Shown in pieces: positions 21,301-30,942 of a DNA stretch of 64,000 bases. Source of the DNA: Bdellovibrionota bacterium (GTDB lineage Bacteria; Bdellovibrionota_C; UBA2361; JAAYZI01); contig JBMNIF010000002.1 in NCBI GenBank assembly GCA_050950765.1, positions 544,001 through 608,000 of the forward strand, in the 5' to 3' direction. Position 1 is the stretch's first letter, and each line of letters starts with the position of its first letter. The notes below the pieces were generated by a model. The model worked only from the letters and a program-made list of their open reading frames with translations, did not search any database and had not been told where the DNA came from. The translations under genes and the position numbers were made by a program.

Positions 21301-21855
21301 CTTTTCAATCTTCATCAACTCGTGCGAAGTTCTAAAACCATCAAAGAAGTGAAGGAATGGAACTCTAGCTTTTAACGTTGACATATAAGCTATCATCGCT
21401 AAGTCCATCGCCTCTTGCACTGAATTAGAAGCAAGCATGGCGAACCCTGTCTGACGACAAGCATAAACATCGCTATGGTCGCCAAAGATTGAGAGGGCGT
21501 GAGTCGCTAAAGTACGCGCTGCTACATGGAAAACAGTTGAGGTCAACTCACCTGCAATCTTATACATATTAGGGATCATTAAGAGCAGACCTTGAGAGGC
21601 AGTAAAAGTCGTACTTAAAGCACCTGCTTGTAAGGCTCCGTGTACAGCACCTGCAGCACCTGCTTCACTCTGCATCTCATAAACTTTAGGAGTAATGCCA
21701 AAGATGTTCTTCATATTTTTGGCACTCCAACTATCTGAGTATTCACCCATCGGAGAAGAAGGGGTGATCGGGTAAATCGCGATAACCTCACTCAAATTAA
21801 AACCAACATGCGCCGCAGCTTCATTGGCATCCATAATAACTTTTTCAGTAGTCAT
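18328..21855 (-). CDS. nifJ: Pyruvate:ferredoxin (flavodoxin) oxidoreductase
   Basis: YPITPSS, EMQSEAGAAG, two CxxCxxCxxxCP ferredoxin motifs, FSGACAGCGE, and GGDGWAYDIG (TPP binding). Confidence 0.97.
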   Translation of the reverse strand: MTTEKVIMDANEAAAHVGFNLSEVIAIYPITPSSPMGEYSDSWSAKNMKNIFGITPKVYEMQSEAGAAGAVHGALQAGALSTTFTASQGLLLMIPNMYKIAGELTSTVFHVAARTLATHALSIFGDHSDVYACRQTGFAMLASNSVQEAMDLAMIAYMSTLKARVPFLHFFDGFRTSHELMKIEKLTQDQMKSLIDIKDVIAHRERGLRPEQPRIGGTAQNPDTFFQSREACNPYYAATPEIVKTAMKEFAKVTGREYHLFDYYGAPDAERLLILMGSGAETSSEVVDYMTKKMGEKVGVLKVRLYRPFSIKDLMAAIPTTVKSVAVLDRTKESGCVGEPLYLDVVAAFAEAGRHAKIIGGRYGLSSKEFTPAMIKAVFDELKKDDPKNHFTVGINDDVSHTSLTYDVDFRTENENSFRGVFIGLGSDGTVGANKNSIKIIGTETDNHAQGYFVYDSKKSGGLTKSHLRFGKDPIRSIYLIDHANFVACHQFSLLEKLDVLKEACSGATFLLNAPYSKDEVWDKLPYEIQQTIIEKKIKFYSINAYEVAKKTGMGSRINTILQACFFAIANILPREEAIEKIKGAIKKSYSSKGEDVVQKNFKAVDESLSNLHEIPVPATPTSTIRRKSAVPEHAPKFVKEVLAPMMIDEGEALKVSQMPADGAYPTATTQWEKRAISLTVPEWDPEACIQCGKCSIVCPHAVIRMKTCEGAKLKSAPQGFKSAPTKGKDFPEGTQFILQISTEDCTGCGICIDACPVKSKKVEGQKAINMVPFVPIREREVKNWEFFETLDYTDRSAVNQATVKGSQLLRPLFEFSGACAGCGETPYIKLVTQLFGDRMLVANATGCSSIYSGNLPTTPYCKNAEGRGPAWSNSLFEDNAEYGLGFRLTVNKKAEQARELVSALKAEIGESLANDILNATEHDESEIKAQRERIAQLKAAIANNKSFEAQSLLSLADYLSKKSVWIIGGDGWAYDIGYGGLDHALASGENINVLLLDTEVYSNTGGQMSKSTPTGAVALFAAAGKTMNKKDIGLQAMSYKHVYVASISLGANDQHAVKAIKEAEAYDGPSLIICYSHCIAHGIDLKKGLEEQKKAVNSGSWLLYRYNPDLAKEGKNPLIFDSKEPTLPLTDYIYGENRFNILRTKNPERAALLLEKLQKNVTDRFAYYQKLAAM

Positions 21856-22354
21856 GACCTTTACTTCCCTTATTTAAATTAAGTAGGGGTGTCTGTTCTT
21901 CCCCCATCTCTTGCAATTTACTAAAGATTTTAACGTCGAACAGGATAAACGGATAAACTTAAAAAAGTAGCGTGGCGAACAGAATAAGCCCCTTCCTTCT
22001 TCTCCCCCCTCTTAAAAGTTATACCTTATTATTACGTGTATTATTTTAAGATACTCTCAAAAAAGGAACTCCGCTCTAACCCCTCATTAACAATGAAGAA
22101 TTTACACCGGTTACGACGCCCGTATACTATTACAGACAGACTAAATCCACAAATACAAGAATTGCTTCTTATTTGGTAAAAGCTTCGCATTGATAAAGGA
22201 GCAGGTTTTGCTGCAATACTCCAAAAATTAGGGTAAGTATCAATAAAGACTAGACGATATCTTTTATTTGATCACTTCATTACCGTTTTTTTTACATTTT
22301 TTAGATGAAAAAAAGAAAAAAATTATAAAAAACACCTTTATTTAAAAATTTCAC

Positions 22355-22382
22355 TAAAGCTTTTCCTAAAAGATACCGACCC
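22355..22382 (+). promoter_or_regulatory. Putative sigma28 (FliA)-like promoter
   Basis: TAAA-N16-ACCGACCC just upstream of 22410, with a second candidate TAAG-N15-GACGATAT at 22234-22260. Confidence 0.35.
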
Positions 22383-22409
22383 ACCTTCTAGGGGAATAAG
22401 AGGGGTTGT

Positions 22410-25400
22410 ATGCAGAAGTTTACCTTAAGAACCTTGAAATTAGTTGTGCTGTTTAGCTTTTTCTGTGGCAGTCTGGCAGGTGCGGAAACTTTTTTGCCAA
22501 CCACTCAAAATTATAACTATAATTTCAACATCCTAAACAACTTATCAACACCGCCTACTGCACAAAACTTTAATATTAAAAACTTCTCTCTCTTCTCTAC
22601 CTTAAAAAAATCACTCCCCTTTAGAAGAGAGTTCTTTGGAAATCCTCCCCCTTATCTAGCAGCGCAAGTAACCTCCATCTCTATGGGCTACTTTCACGCC
22701 TGTGCTATTGTAGGAGGGCGTCTCTATTGTTGGGGGCTTAACTCCTCCGGTCAACTCGGGATTAACAGCACTGACACCACAACAACTCCAACTTTAACTT
22801 ACGACCCTAGCACAACCTCTTTTACAGGTTTATTAGGTGGTCAAGGTGTCTCTTCTGTTTCTGCTAATGGTTATAACACCTGCGCTATCAACGCAGACGG
22901 TAAACTTTACTGTTGGGGAGAAAATGACTCTGGTCAAGTCGGGAATGGAACTCTAGGATTTGATTGTAAGTATCCAGTATTAATTGAAGATCCAAGTACA
23001 CTTTCTTGTAGTGGTCTTCTAGGTTCAGAAACAGTTATCGCCGTTTCAGTAGGTGCTTCGCCCAACGACACTCCTGAAGGAGAGAGCTCCGGTAGAACTC
23101 ACGTTTGCGCTATAAATGCAGATGATAAACTTTACTGTTGGGGAGATAACACCTTCGGACAATTAGGCGACGGACAAAGCGGAGGGTCTTTACCGCGTCT
23201 TGTAGGGGATAGCGGAACTTTAAATGGAAGAGGTGTTGTTCAAGTTTCAGCAGGATACAGTTTTACCTGTGCTATCAATACAGAGAGTCTCCTTTTTTGT
23301 TGGGGCAAAAACGATTACGGACAGTTGGGGATTTATTCAACAGAAAATACCACCTCCCCCACACCTATATATAATGCAGATCCAGAAAAAGTTGGTGGAC
23401 TTGGAACTGGAAACGATCCAGCGGTTATGTCAGTTTCAGCAGGTACAACTCACACCTGTGCCATAGAGAGCGGATATCTTTTCTGTTGGGGAGATGGTAG
23501 TTATGGAGCGCTTGGAAATGGTGATGGAACAGATAGAAGTTTTCCAGTCGCTATCAATAAAGGATCTCCACCAGGTCAATTAGACGGAAGTATTGTTCTA
23601 TCTACCTCTTCAGGATCTGGTTTTACCTGCGCTATCAACGAGATCGGTGAAATTTATTGCTGGGGGAAAAATACTGATAAAAAACTACTCGGGATTAGTG
23701 GAGTAGATACTAGATTTCCCCAGCTTGTGGCAGGTTCAGATAGTAATCCCAATCCTGGCTTACTAGGCACATATACTGTAAATGCCGTTTCTTGTTCAAA
23801 CTCCGGTCCCTCCTATCAATCGATCTGCGGCATAAACTCACAACATAATCTTTATTGCTGGGGAGATAGTAACTTTGGTCAATTAGGACAAAACTCTACC
23901 ACTACCAATACAACACCGACACAAACACTCTTTAATGAAGACTCCACTTGTAACGGTATCGATGATGATGGTGATGGATTAACTGATGAAGATTACGTTT
24001 CTGTATCTTGTAACACAGGGCTACACGGTTTATGCGCAGCAGGAACAACATCTTGTAACGCCGGAAGTGTAGTTTGTAATCAGACAAATTCTCCTACAAC
24101 TGAGATCGCTTGTAATAATATCGATGATGACTGTGACGGTATAACTGATACTGATGCTGCAGGTTACGGAGCTGCTTGTAATAACGGGCTACTCGGTGCG
24201 TGTTACAAAACAGGCACGATGTCAGTTTGTGATGGAGGAGTTTTAACGTGCTCTGCTCCAAACGTTGAACCTACAACTGAAGTCGCTTGTAATAATATCG
24301 ATGATGACTGTGATGGAGTAACTGATACTGATGCTGCAGGTTACGGAGCTGCTTGCAATAACGGGTTACTCGGTGCGTGTTATAAAACAGGCACGATGTC
24401 AGTTTGTGATGGAGGAGTTTTAACGTGCTCTGCTCCAAACGTTGAACCTACAACTGAAGTCGCTTGTAATAATATCGATGATGACTGTGATGGAGTAACT
24501 GATACTGATGCTGCAGGTTACGGAGATGCTTGTAATAACGGACTACTCGGTGCGTGTTATAAAACAGGCACGATGTCAGTTTGTGATGGAGGAGTTTTAA
24601 CGTGCTCTGCTCCAAACGTTGAACCTACAACTGAAGTCGCTTGTAATAATATCGATGATGACTGTGATGGAGTAACTGATACTGATGCTGCAGGTTACGG
24701 AGCTGCTTGTAACAACGGACTACTCGGTGCGTGTTATAAAACAGGCACGATGACTCTTTGTGAAGGAGGGGTTTTAACGTGTTCTGCTCCAGATGCAGAT
24801 CCAGTAAGTGAAATTTGCGGTAACGGCATTGATGATGATTGTGATGGTGAAACTGATGAAGATTGCAATGCAGAAACTCCTACCCCTACCCCTCCAGCGC
24901 CTTTTGTAGATGCTTGTCCTACCGACCCGAATAAAACTGAAGCAGGAGTTTGCGGCTGCGGTATAGCCGATAGCGATCATAACAATAACGGCATAATTGA
25001 TTGCCTTGACCCGAAGTGGCCGACAACAAAAATAGATAGTATCGTTACACCAAACACCAAACCTGTCACTCCACGGGTAGATGTAGTAAAGAAAAAGGTC
25101 GTCGTTTATATGCAACGTTTTAAACGTGCCGAGCTACTGAAAAAATTACGTAACGTAGTTAACTATGCCAAAAAAAATAAAAGGAAAAAAATTACCTTTA
25201 GGTATGAAGTTGTTCTAAGACAGGTCTCTACTAAAACAACGTATAAAAGTATCACGAAGAAAAAGATTCAATCTCGGATCTCAAAACGTAATAAAGTAAT
25301 CTTTAAGAAACAGCGGCAAGGAACTTACAAAATTAAGTACAGAGTTAAGATCTATAAGAACGGTAAACTTGCTAAGAACACGAAGTGGAGCGATTCTAAA

Positions 25401-25424
25401 ACTGTTACAGTTTCGAAAAAGTAG
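22410..25424 (+). CDS. Secreted RCC1/BLIP-II repeat protein with MopE-type metal-binding repeats and a basic C-terminal domain
   Basis: Signal peptide, ~7 (H/T)xCAI...LYCWGxNxxGQLG repeats, CNNIDDDCDG motifs, CPTDPNKTEAGVCGC, a PTP linker and a Lys/Arg-rich C-terminus. Confidence 0.85.
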   Translation: MQKFTLRTLKLVVLFSFFCGSLAGAETFLPTTQNYNYNFNILNNLSTPPTAQNFNIKNFSLFSTLKKSLPFRREFFGNPPPYLAAQVTSISMGYFHACAIVGGRLYCWGLNSSGQLGINSTDTTTTPTLTYDPSTTSFTGLLGGQGVSSVSANGYNTCAINADGKLYCWGENDSGQVGNGTLGFDCKYPVLIEDPSTLSCSGLLGSETVIAVSVGASPNDTPEGESSGRTHVCAINADDKLYCWGDNTFGQLGDGQSGGSLPRLVGDSGTLNGRGVVQVSAGYSFTCAINTESLLFCWGKNDYGQLGIYSTENTTSPTPIYNADPEKVGGLGTGNDPAVMSVSAGTTHTCAIESGYLFCWGDGSYGALGNGDGTDRSFPVAINKGSPPGQLDGSIVLSTSSGSGFTCAINEIGEIYCWGKNTDKKLLGISGVDTRFPQLVAGSDSNPNPGLLGTYTVNAVSCSNSGPSYQSICGINSQHNLYCWGDSNFGQLGQNSTTTNTTPTQTLFNEDSTCNGIDDDGDGLTDEDYVSVSCNTGLHGLCAAGTTSCNAGSVVCNQTNSPTTEIACNNIDDDCDGITDTDAAGYGAACNNGLLGACYKTGTMSVCDGGVLTCSAPNVEPTTEVACNNIDDDCDGVTDTDAAGYGAACNNGLLGACYKTGTMSVCDGGVLTCSAPNVEPTTEVACNNIDDDCDGVTDTDAAGYGDACNNGLLGACYKTGTMSVCDGGVLTCSAPNVEPTTEVACNNIDDDCDGVTDTDAAGYGAACNNGLLGACYKTGTMTLCEGGVLTCSAPDADPVSEICGNGIDDDCDGETDEDCNAETPTPTPPAPFVDACPTDPNKTEAGVCGCGIADSDHNNNGIIDCLDPKWPTTKIDSIVTPNTKPVTPRVDVVKKKVVVYMQRFKRAELLKKLRNVVNYAKKNKRKKITFRYEVVLRQVSTKTTYKSITKKKIQSRISKRNKVIFKKQRQGTYKIKYRVKIYKNGKLAKNTKWSDSKTVTVSKK
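24093..24791 (+). repeat. 177-bp (59-aa) near-identical coding tandem repeat x~4
   Basis: CCTACAACTGA starts at 24093, 24270, 24447 and 24624; the unit is PTTEVACNNIDDDCDGVTDTDAAGYGAACNNGLLGACYKTGTMSVCDGGVLTCSAPNVE. Confidence 0.95.
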
Positions 25425-25539
25425 GTGTATGTTTTTATACACCCTATTTTTTAAATGTTGGTAGCCTACCCATTCCACTTTTACAGAAATTTATATTTCT
25501 ATTGAAGTATCTTTGAAAAATAACGAAAAGAGAGTCCAC

Positions 25540-26505
25540 TTAGGAAAGTTCCAGCAAGTCAGAACCTCCATTAGAATCTGCCTTATCAAAATCTACTTCA
25601 TTAAGGCTTCCAGCAGGACCTCCATCGCTGCCTCTCGATTCAAGAAAGTCATCGAGGGATTGGTCTACACGTTCTCCCATTGTTCTATGAAAGTCTTCTT
25701 CAGGAACATGTTCAATAAAATTTTCTATCCTTTCTATCCTTTCTTTTAAAGTGTCTGCTATTTCAGGACCACACTCTTCTGCTAAGCGCTTAATTTCCTT
25801 AAGATAAGAAGAAAGGTTCCTAGGATCTCTATCTTTAACTTGTTCTTCAGAGATTTTTAAATAATTGTCAATACACCTCTTCCTTACATTTTGGTAAGAA
25901 TCTTTAAGTAATTGTGCATCATCTTCAGACAATTTAATATTTGCCTTTTCATAAGAGAACTTAATATCTTCTATTAAGCTATCGGCAAAAGCTACATCAT
26001 CTTTATTTACTCCCTGCTTTTCTACTATTTGTTGCAAATGATACTTTAAAGAGGAAATTGAGTTCTCACAACAACGCTGTAAAAATTCATCGAGCAGCTC
26101 ACTTTGATATTTTTTAATTTTTTCAATTGCTCCACTTGCAAACGAGACACTACCACTTGCAGCGTACTCCTCCAAACATTGCAAATAGTGCTGAATACCG
26201 TTTCTTCGTGCTGAGAGTAAACAAGATTGCAGCTCTCCAAGCTCTTCTGCACTAAACAGATTAGTATTAGAAGAACCAACTTTAGCTTTACGCATCTCAT
26301 CAAAGACCTTATCTGCTCTAGCAACAGCCCCATACTTGGCATAAAATTTTAAGCGCCACAGGAAAAAATCTTTGGAGACACTTGGACTGAGAAAAGACGC
26401 TTCTTCTAGTGGAGGACTTTCGGAACCCTCTTTAGGATCTATGCCTTGACGATCTTGACGAGTTCGTTTTTGATATGACGGATTATCTGATTTTATTGGC
26501 GGCAT
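25540..26505 (-). CDS. Hypothetical helical-repeat protein with PPR-like motifs (paralog A)
   Basis: Disordered-looking N-terminus and LKFYAKYGAVARADKVFDEMRK; clear paralogy with 26758-27588. Confidence 0.6.
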   Translation of the reverse strand: MPPIKSDNPSYQKRTRQDRQGIDPKEGSESPPLEEASFLSPSVSKDFFLWRLKFYAKYGAVARADKVFDEMRKAKVGSSNTNLFSAEELGELQSCLLSARRNGIQHYLQCLEEYAASGSVSFASGAIEKIKKYQSELLDEFLQRCCENSISSLKYHLQQIVEKQGVNKDDVAFADSLIEDIKFSYEKANIKLSEDDAQLLKDSYQNVRKRCIDNYLKISEEQVKDRDPRNLSSYLKEIKRLAEECGPEIADTLKERIERIENFIEHVPEEDFHRTMGERVDQSLDDFLESRGSDGGPAGSLNEVDFDKADSNGGSDLLELS

Positions 26506-26525
26506 TAAAAACTTATTTTTACTAC

Positions 26526-26643
26526 TTTACTACAACTATCTGATTTTAGCCCGCCCCTCCTACCTCGTCAATTTTACTAAAAAATAATGCTTTATCAGAC
26601 AGTTGCGCACAAAAAAGCGCTGTTAAAAACGGTCTCGCCCTCT
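26526..26643. repeat. 118-bp duplicated upstream block (copy at 27603-27720)
   Basis: Near-identical copies (one visible mismatch), offset by 1077 bp. Confidence 0.95.
26543..26571 (-). promoter_or_regulatory. Sigma70-type promoter of paralog A
   Basis: Minus strand TTGACG-N17-TAAAAT. Confidence 0.7.
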
Positions 26644-26757
26644 TTTTCTTAGCTTCTAAGCCTAAAGCTAGAGGCTGAAGAAAAGCATCAAAGGCACTTT
26701 TTAAAACGCTTTGCTTTTAAAAAGTGTATCTCTGTATCTATCCACTCGTCCTATCCT

Positions 26758-27588
26758 TTATTTTAAAGTGTCTACTATTTTAAGACCACATTCTTCTGCT
26801 AAGCGCTTAATTTCCTCAAGATAAGGGGAAAGGTTCCTAGAATCTCCATCTTTAACTTGTTCTTCAGAGATTTTTAAATAAATTTCAATACTCTTTTGCC
26901 TTACACTTTTGTAAGAATCTTTAAGGAATTGTGCGACCTCTTCAGGCATTTCACGCTTTGCATATACATAGTAGAGCTCGAGATCATTTTTAAATTGATC
27001 AGCATCAGCGATATACGCTTTTAATACATTAACAACATCTAGATCGATATTTAGATCTATTTCATACTTTTTTAATTTGGCGGCATAATTTTTTAATATT
27101 TCAACATCACTTAGTTTTACTATCTTGTTCAATTTATACTTAGCAGAAGGAATCGCTACCGCCAAACATTCCCTAAAAAGTTCATCAACCCACTCCTGAG
27201 TAGCAGGAGCCTTTTCAGTACCCAGAACTTTTTCATATTGTGTAATTTTATTAAGTGTTTTTAGTGCAAGCCCAACATCACCACCTTGAGCGTACTCCTT
27301 AAAGCATTGCAGCAAGTGCTGAATACCGTTTTTTCGTGCTGAGAGTAAACAAGATTGCAGTTTTTCGAGCTCTTCTGCACTAAGTAGATCGTGCTCACGT
27401 AATAAGTCAAAGTACCTATGAGTCCTATCAACATTTCCGATCTTGGCATAAAATTTTAAGCGAGCTAATAGATCATCTACATTAGGTAAAGACGCTTCCT
27501 CTAATGGAGAACTTTCGGGGGAACTCCCTTGAGAGGGATTAGAACCTTGAGAGTGGTTAGGAGGTGTGGAGCTTAAGTTTATCGACAT
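26758..27588 (-). CDS. Hypothetical helical-repeat protein (paralog B), C-terminally truncated relative to A
   Basis: Shares blocks PLEEAS, LKFYAK.G, SAEEL..LQSCLLSAR.NGIQH and LKISEEQVKD with paralog A. It ends DTLK* where A reads DTLKE (GAA>TAA). Confidence 0.6.
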   Translation of the reverse strand: MSINLSSTPPNHSQGSNPSQGSSPESSPLEEASLPNVDDLLARLKFYAKIGNVDRTHRYFDLLREHDLLSAEELEKLQSCLLSARKNGIQHLLQCFKEYAQGGDVGLALKTLNKITQYEKVLGTEKAPATQEWVDELFRECLAVAIPSAKYKLNKIVKLSDVEILKNYAAKLKKYEIDLNIDLDVVNVLKAYIADADQFKNDLELYYVYAKREMPEEVAQFLKDSYKSVRQKSIEIYLKISEEQVKDGDSRNLSPYLEEIKRLAEECGLKIVDTLK

Positions 27589-27619
27589 TATTAAAACTTC
27601 GTTTTACTACAACTATCTG

Positions 27620-27648
27620 ATTTTAGCCCGCCCCTCCTACCTCGTCAA
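27620..27648 (-). promoter_or_regulatory. Sigma70-type promoter of paralog B
   Basis: Identical TTGACG-N17-TAAAAT. Confidence 0.7.
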
Positions 27649-27727
27649 TTTTACTAAAAAATAATGCTTTATCAGACAGTTACGCACAAAAAAGCGCTGT
27701 TAAAAACGGTCTCGCCCTCTCTTCCCA

Positions 27728-28828
27728 TTAAACATTAAAGAGGAACTCTACAACATCACCGTCTTCCATCACGTAATCTTTTCCCTCTGTGCGTAACACA
27801 CCCGCTGTGCGACACGCTGCCACACTTTTGTATTGGAGATAATCTTCATACTTAATGACCTGTGCGCGGATAAAGCCACGTTCGAAATCAGTATGAATCA
27901 CACCGGCAGCTTGTGGAGCCTTCCACCCTTTTTCTATCGTCCAAGCACGCACCTCTTTCGGACCTGCTGTAAAAAAACTTTGCAAACCGAGGGTGTCGTA
28001 TCCGATCCTCGTTAAGCCTTGTAAGGCGCTCTCTTTTAAACCGTATTCCTGTAAAAGCTCTGCCGCTTCTTGATCTGAAAGTCCGATCATATCCTCTTCG
28101 ATCTTAGCGCAGATCGTAACACACCCAGCCTTAGACTTTTCAGCGTGTGCCTTAACAGCCTTAACATAACTGTTCTCTTTATTGATCTCATCCTCTCCGA
28201 TATTCATAGCGTAAACTACACGTTTATCAGTTAAGAAGGAGGACTGCTTTAAAAAGAATTCGAAGTCGGCGTCATCGCGCTGTCCAAATGAAGATACGGG
28301 ATGACCTGTATTTAAGTGTTCAACTAAAGCATTAACAATCTCCACTAGTGGTAGCAATTTTTTGTCGCCTTTGGCTTGCTTCTGCACCCGCTCAAGTTGT
28401 CTTTCGATACTCTGCAGATCAGCTAAGATTAACTCCGTTTCAATCACCTCAATATCTCGTAACGGATCAACACTACCATCAACATGAACTATATTTTCAT
28501 CATCAAAACACCTGACTACATGCAAAATAGCATTAGCTTCTCTGATATTTGCTAAAAACTTATTTCCCAAACCTTCACCACGACTAGCACCTTTAACAAG
28601 CCCTGCGATATCTACAAAATCAACTGTGGCATAAATAGTTTTTTGTGGTTTTACGAACTCACTTATTAGATCAATACGAGGGTCTTTTAGAGGAACCGTT
28701 GCTTTATTCGGTTCTATCGTACAAAAAGGATAGTTAGCGCTCTCTGCATTTTGCGCTCTTGTTAAAGCATTAAAAATCGTTGATTTTCCAACATTCGGCA
28801 GTCCAACAATTCCGATATTTAGTCCCAT
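27728..28828 (-). CDS. ychF: Ribosome-binding ATPase YchF
   Basis: [44 protein letters not shown]. Confidence 0.97.
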   Translation of the reverse strand: MGLNIGIVGLPNVGKSTIFNALTRAQNAESANYPFCTIEPNKATVPLKDPRIDLISEFVKPQKTIYATVDFVDIAGLVKGASRGEGLGNKFLANIREANAILHVVRCFDDENIVHVDGSVDPLRDIEVIETELILADLQSIERQLERVQKQAKGDKKLLPLVEIVNALVEHLNTGHPVSSFGQRDDADFEFFLKQSSFLTDKRVVYAMNIGEDEINKENSYVKAVKAHAEKSKAGCVTICAKIEEDMIGLSDQEAAELLQEYGLKESALQGLTRIGYDTLGLQSFFTAGPKEVRAWTIEKGWKAPQAAGVIHTDFERGFIRAQVIKYEDYLQYKSVAACRTAGVLRTEGKDYVMEDGDVVEFLFNV

Positions 28829-29075
28829 AGCACACCGCTCTCAGATAGAAATGATAAATTAAGGTGCAGAAGCGCATTCAAAAACAGATCAGCCCGTTAA
28901 GCGGCGTCATTTTAGCCCATATCAATAAAATAACAATATCACCTTTTCTATCCTGACAAATCAATTAATCTCACGTATTGTCAAGAGATACTCACATTGT
29001 AGCCGCTCCTTCAAAACCCTTACTGTTATAATCGAGGTTGAGGTCTAAGGATAATTTTTATACATTGCTATCACC

Positions 29076-30809
29076 ATGCGCCTTTCTTTTTTTAATAAGT
29101 TTAAACAGATACCTTTCTTTAAAATTTTCTTACTAATCTCTGTCTGTTCTTACGGATTCCTTGCTTGGAAAACCGTAGCTCCTTTCTGGTTTAATCTCTC
29201 TTATTCAACTAACGACGCCTATCAACAGGTTTATCCGTTTCACAAAGTATTAAACCCGCTCCTATTTAAAGATGATGTCATTACTGAATATATGCAGCTC
29301 TACCTGCCGCCCCTGCACTATCTAATCTGTTCCGTAATAACTTGGCTCTCTTCTAACGTTATTTTAATGTCTCACATCGTGACGCTGCTTCAGATCTCGT
29401 TACTAATACTCTTTATGTTTTTAGGAGTTCGCCGTGCGGCAGGTAGCAGTGCTGCCCTATTTGCTACACTCTGGCTTTTACACACACGTAGCATCCTCGA
29501 TCGTGCCACAGGCGGTTTGGCGCGTGGCTGGCTAGCGGTAATCATTGCCTGTTTTTTATACCTACTTGTCAGTAAACGGCACCGATCTATTATCTTCCTT
29601 TTGTTTTTCGGATGTCTTCTAAATCAAGTAGGCACATTTGTTAGCGCTTTCAGTTATGGTCTTTTCTTGTGTTGTAAAATTTTATCTCGTAAAAGTCGTA
29701 AAGAATATCTACCGCACCTTATCAGACTTGGCATTGCTGCACCCTTTATAATTTTACTTACCTTTATTACCACTCAAAAACCTGCCGAGATAGGAGAGAT
29801 GGCAACTCTAAAAGAAGCCTCCACTCTAAGCACATTCAGCAAAACAGGACGTTTTCCACTTCTTCCTTTTAAAAGCATTACAAGTGAAATAACTGATTAT
29901 GCGCTGTCACCTTTTAACACCAAAAAAGTTTGGTACAAACCACCAGAGATTGTCCGCAAAGCAACTCTTCCCTTTGTGATACTCCTATTTTTGGGGCTTT
30001 ACTTAATGGCAGCATTTAAAAAACAGAAGAGCTTAATAGTAGAAGCGCTATCTTGTTTTTCAGCCTCTTTAATGGCTTATCTTTTAGCAAGACACTTTGC
30101 CTTTCGCCTTTTTGTACCGAATAGGTATCTTCTTGTTCCGATGGGACTTTTCTCTATTTTCTTCGTTTCCGCGATAGGTTTTAACGTATTTAAAAATATA
30201 AAAATTAAACCTTTAAACTTAGACGGCTCTGTTATCTTTGCCTGTTTTATGGCGTGCGCTATCCTTCTATTTTCAGGGCATGGCTTGTACGGTCACGGTA
30301 GGTTTGATGTAACAAGTACAAAAAGAGAAAACCTCTGGAAGTGGCTTAAGTTAAACACTCCCCACGATGCTCTTTTTGCAGGGCACCCTTCTTATATTAA
30401 TGGTTTGCAATTATGGGCAGAAAGAACAGCTTACATCACAACAGAAACGGCGCACCCCTTTTATTCAGAGTATCGTAAAGAATCAGAACGTCGCTTAGCA
30501 AACTCCTTCAAAGCGTATTACGCCACAACACCACTCGCCTTTACTGAAGTGCTAGAGAATGAAGGGATCGATTATTTCATCTTTAATAAAAAAGATTTTT
30601 CAGATGCAGCTATCAAGCGAGCAACTTACAGAGACCCTATTAGGGAAGTGGTGCAAGAATTATGCAAAGATAAAGTTGCAGCGGATTTTCTTTATGCAAA
30701 GTTTTCTAATGCCGAATCTCCATTATCGCAAAGTGTAGCTTACGAAGATCAAGATTCTCTTGTTGTCGATCTAAAGCACCTCCTTAAAATAAGCCAAGTA
30801 ACAAATTGA
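29076..30809 (+). CDS. Polytopic membrane protein, possibly GT-C-like (glycosyltransferase) fold
   Basis: About 10 hydrophobic segments, an LFVPNRY motif and a soluble WLKLNTPHDALFAG...EGIDYF tail. Confidence 0.5.
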   Translation: MRLSFFNKFKQIPFFKIFLLISVCSYGFLAWKTVAPFWFNLSYSTNDAYQQVYPFHKVLNPLLFKDDVITEYMQLYLPPLHYLICSVITWLSSNVILMSHIVTLLQISLLILFMFLGVRRAAGSSAALFATLWLLHTRSILDRATGGLARGWLAVIIACFLYLLVSKRHRSIIFLLFFGCLLNQVGTFVSAFSYGLFLCCKILSRKSRKEYLPHLIRLGIAAPFIILLTFITTQKPAEIGEMATLKEASTLSTFSKTGRFPLLPFKSITSEITDYALSPFNTKKVWYKPPEIVRKATLPFVILLFLGLYLMAAFKKQKSLIVEALSCFSASLMAYLLARHFAFRLFVPNRYLLVPMGLFSIFFVSAIGFNVFKNIKIKPLNLDGSVIFACFMACAILLFSGHGLYGHGRFDVTSTKRENLWKWLKLNTPHDALFAGHPSYINGLQLWAERTAYITTETAHPFYSEYRKESERRLANSFKAYYATTPLAFTEVLENEGIDYFIFNKKDFSDAAIKRATYRDPIREVVQELCKDKVAADFLYAKFSNAESPLSQSVAYEDQDSLVVDLKHLLKISQVTN

Positions 30810-30942
30810 ATATCTTAGTGTTGTAAGTAGATGATCTATAAATTGATTGCACCGTGCTTAAGCGTTTGTCATAATTTAATACCTTAAATGCGAAATATCC
30901 TATCGCCAAAGATAGACTTTAGTTTTTTATGGATCTTAAAAT

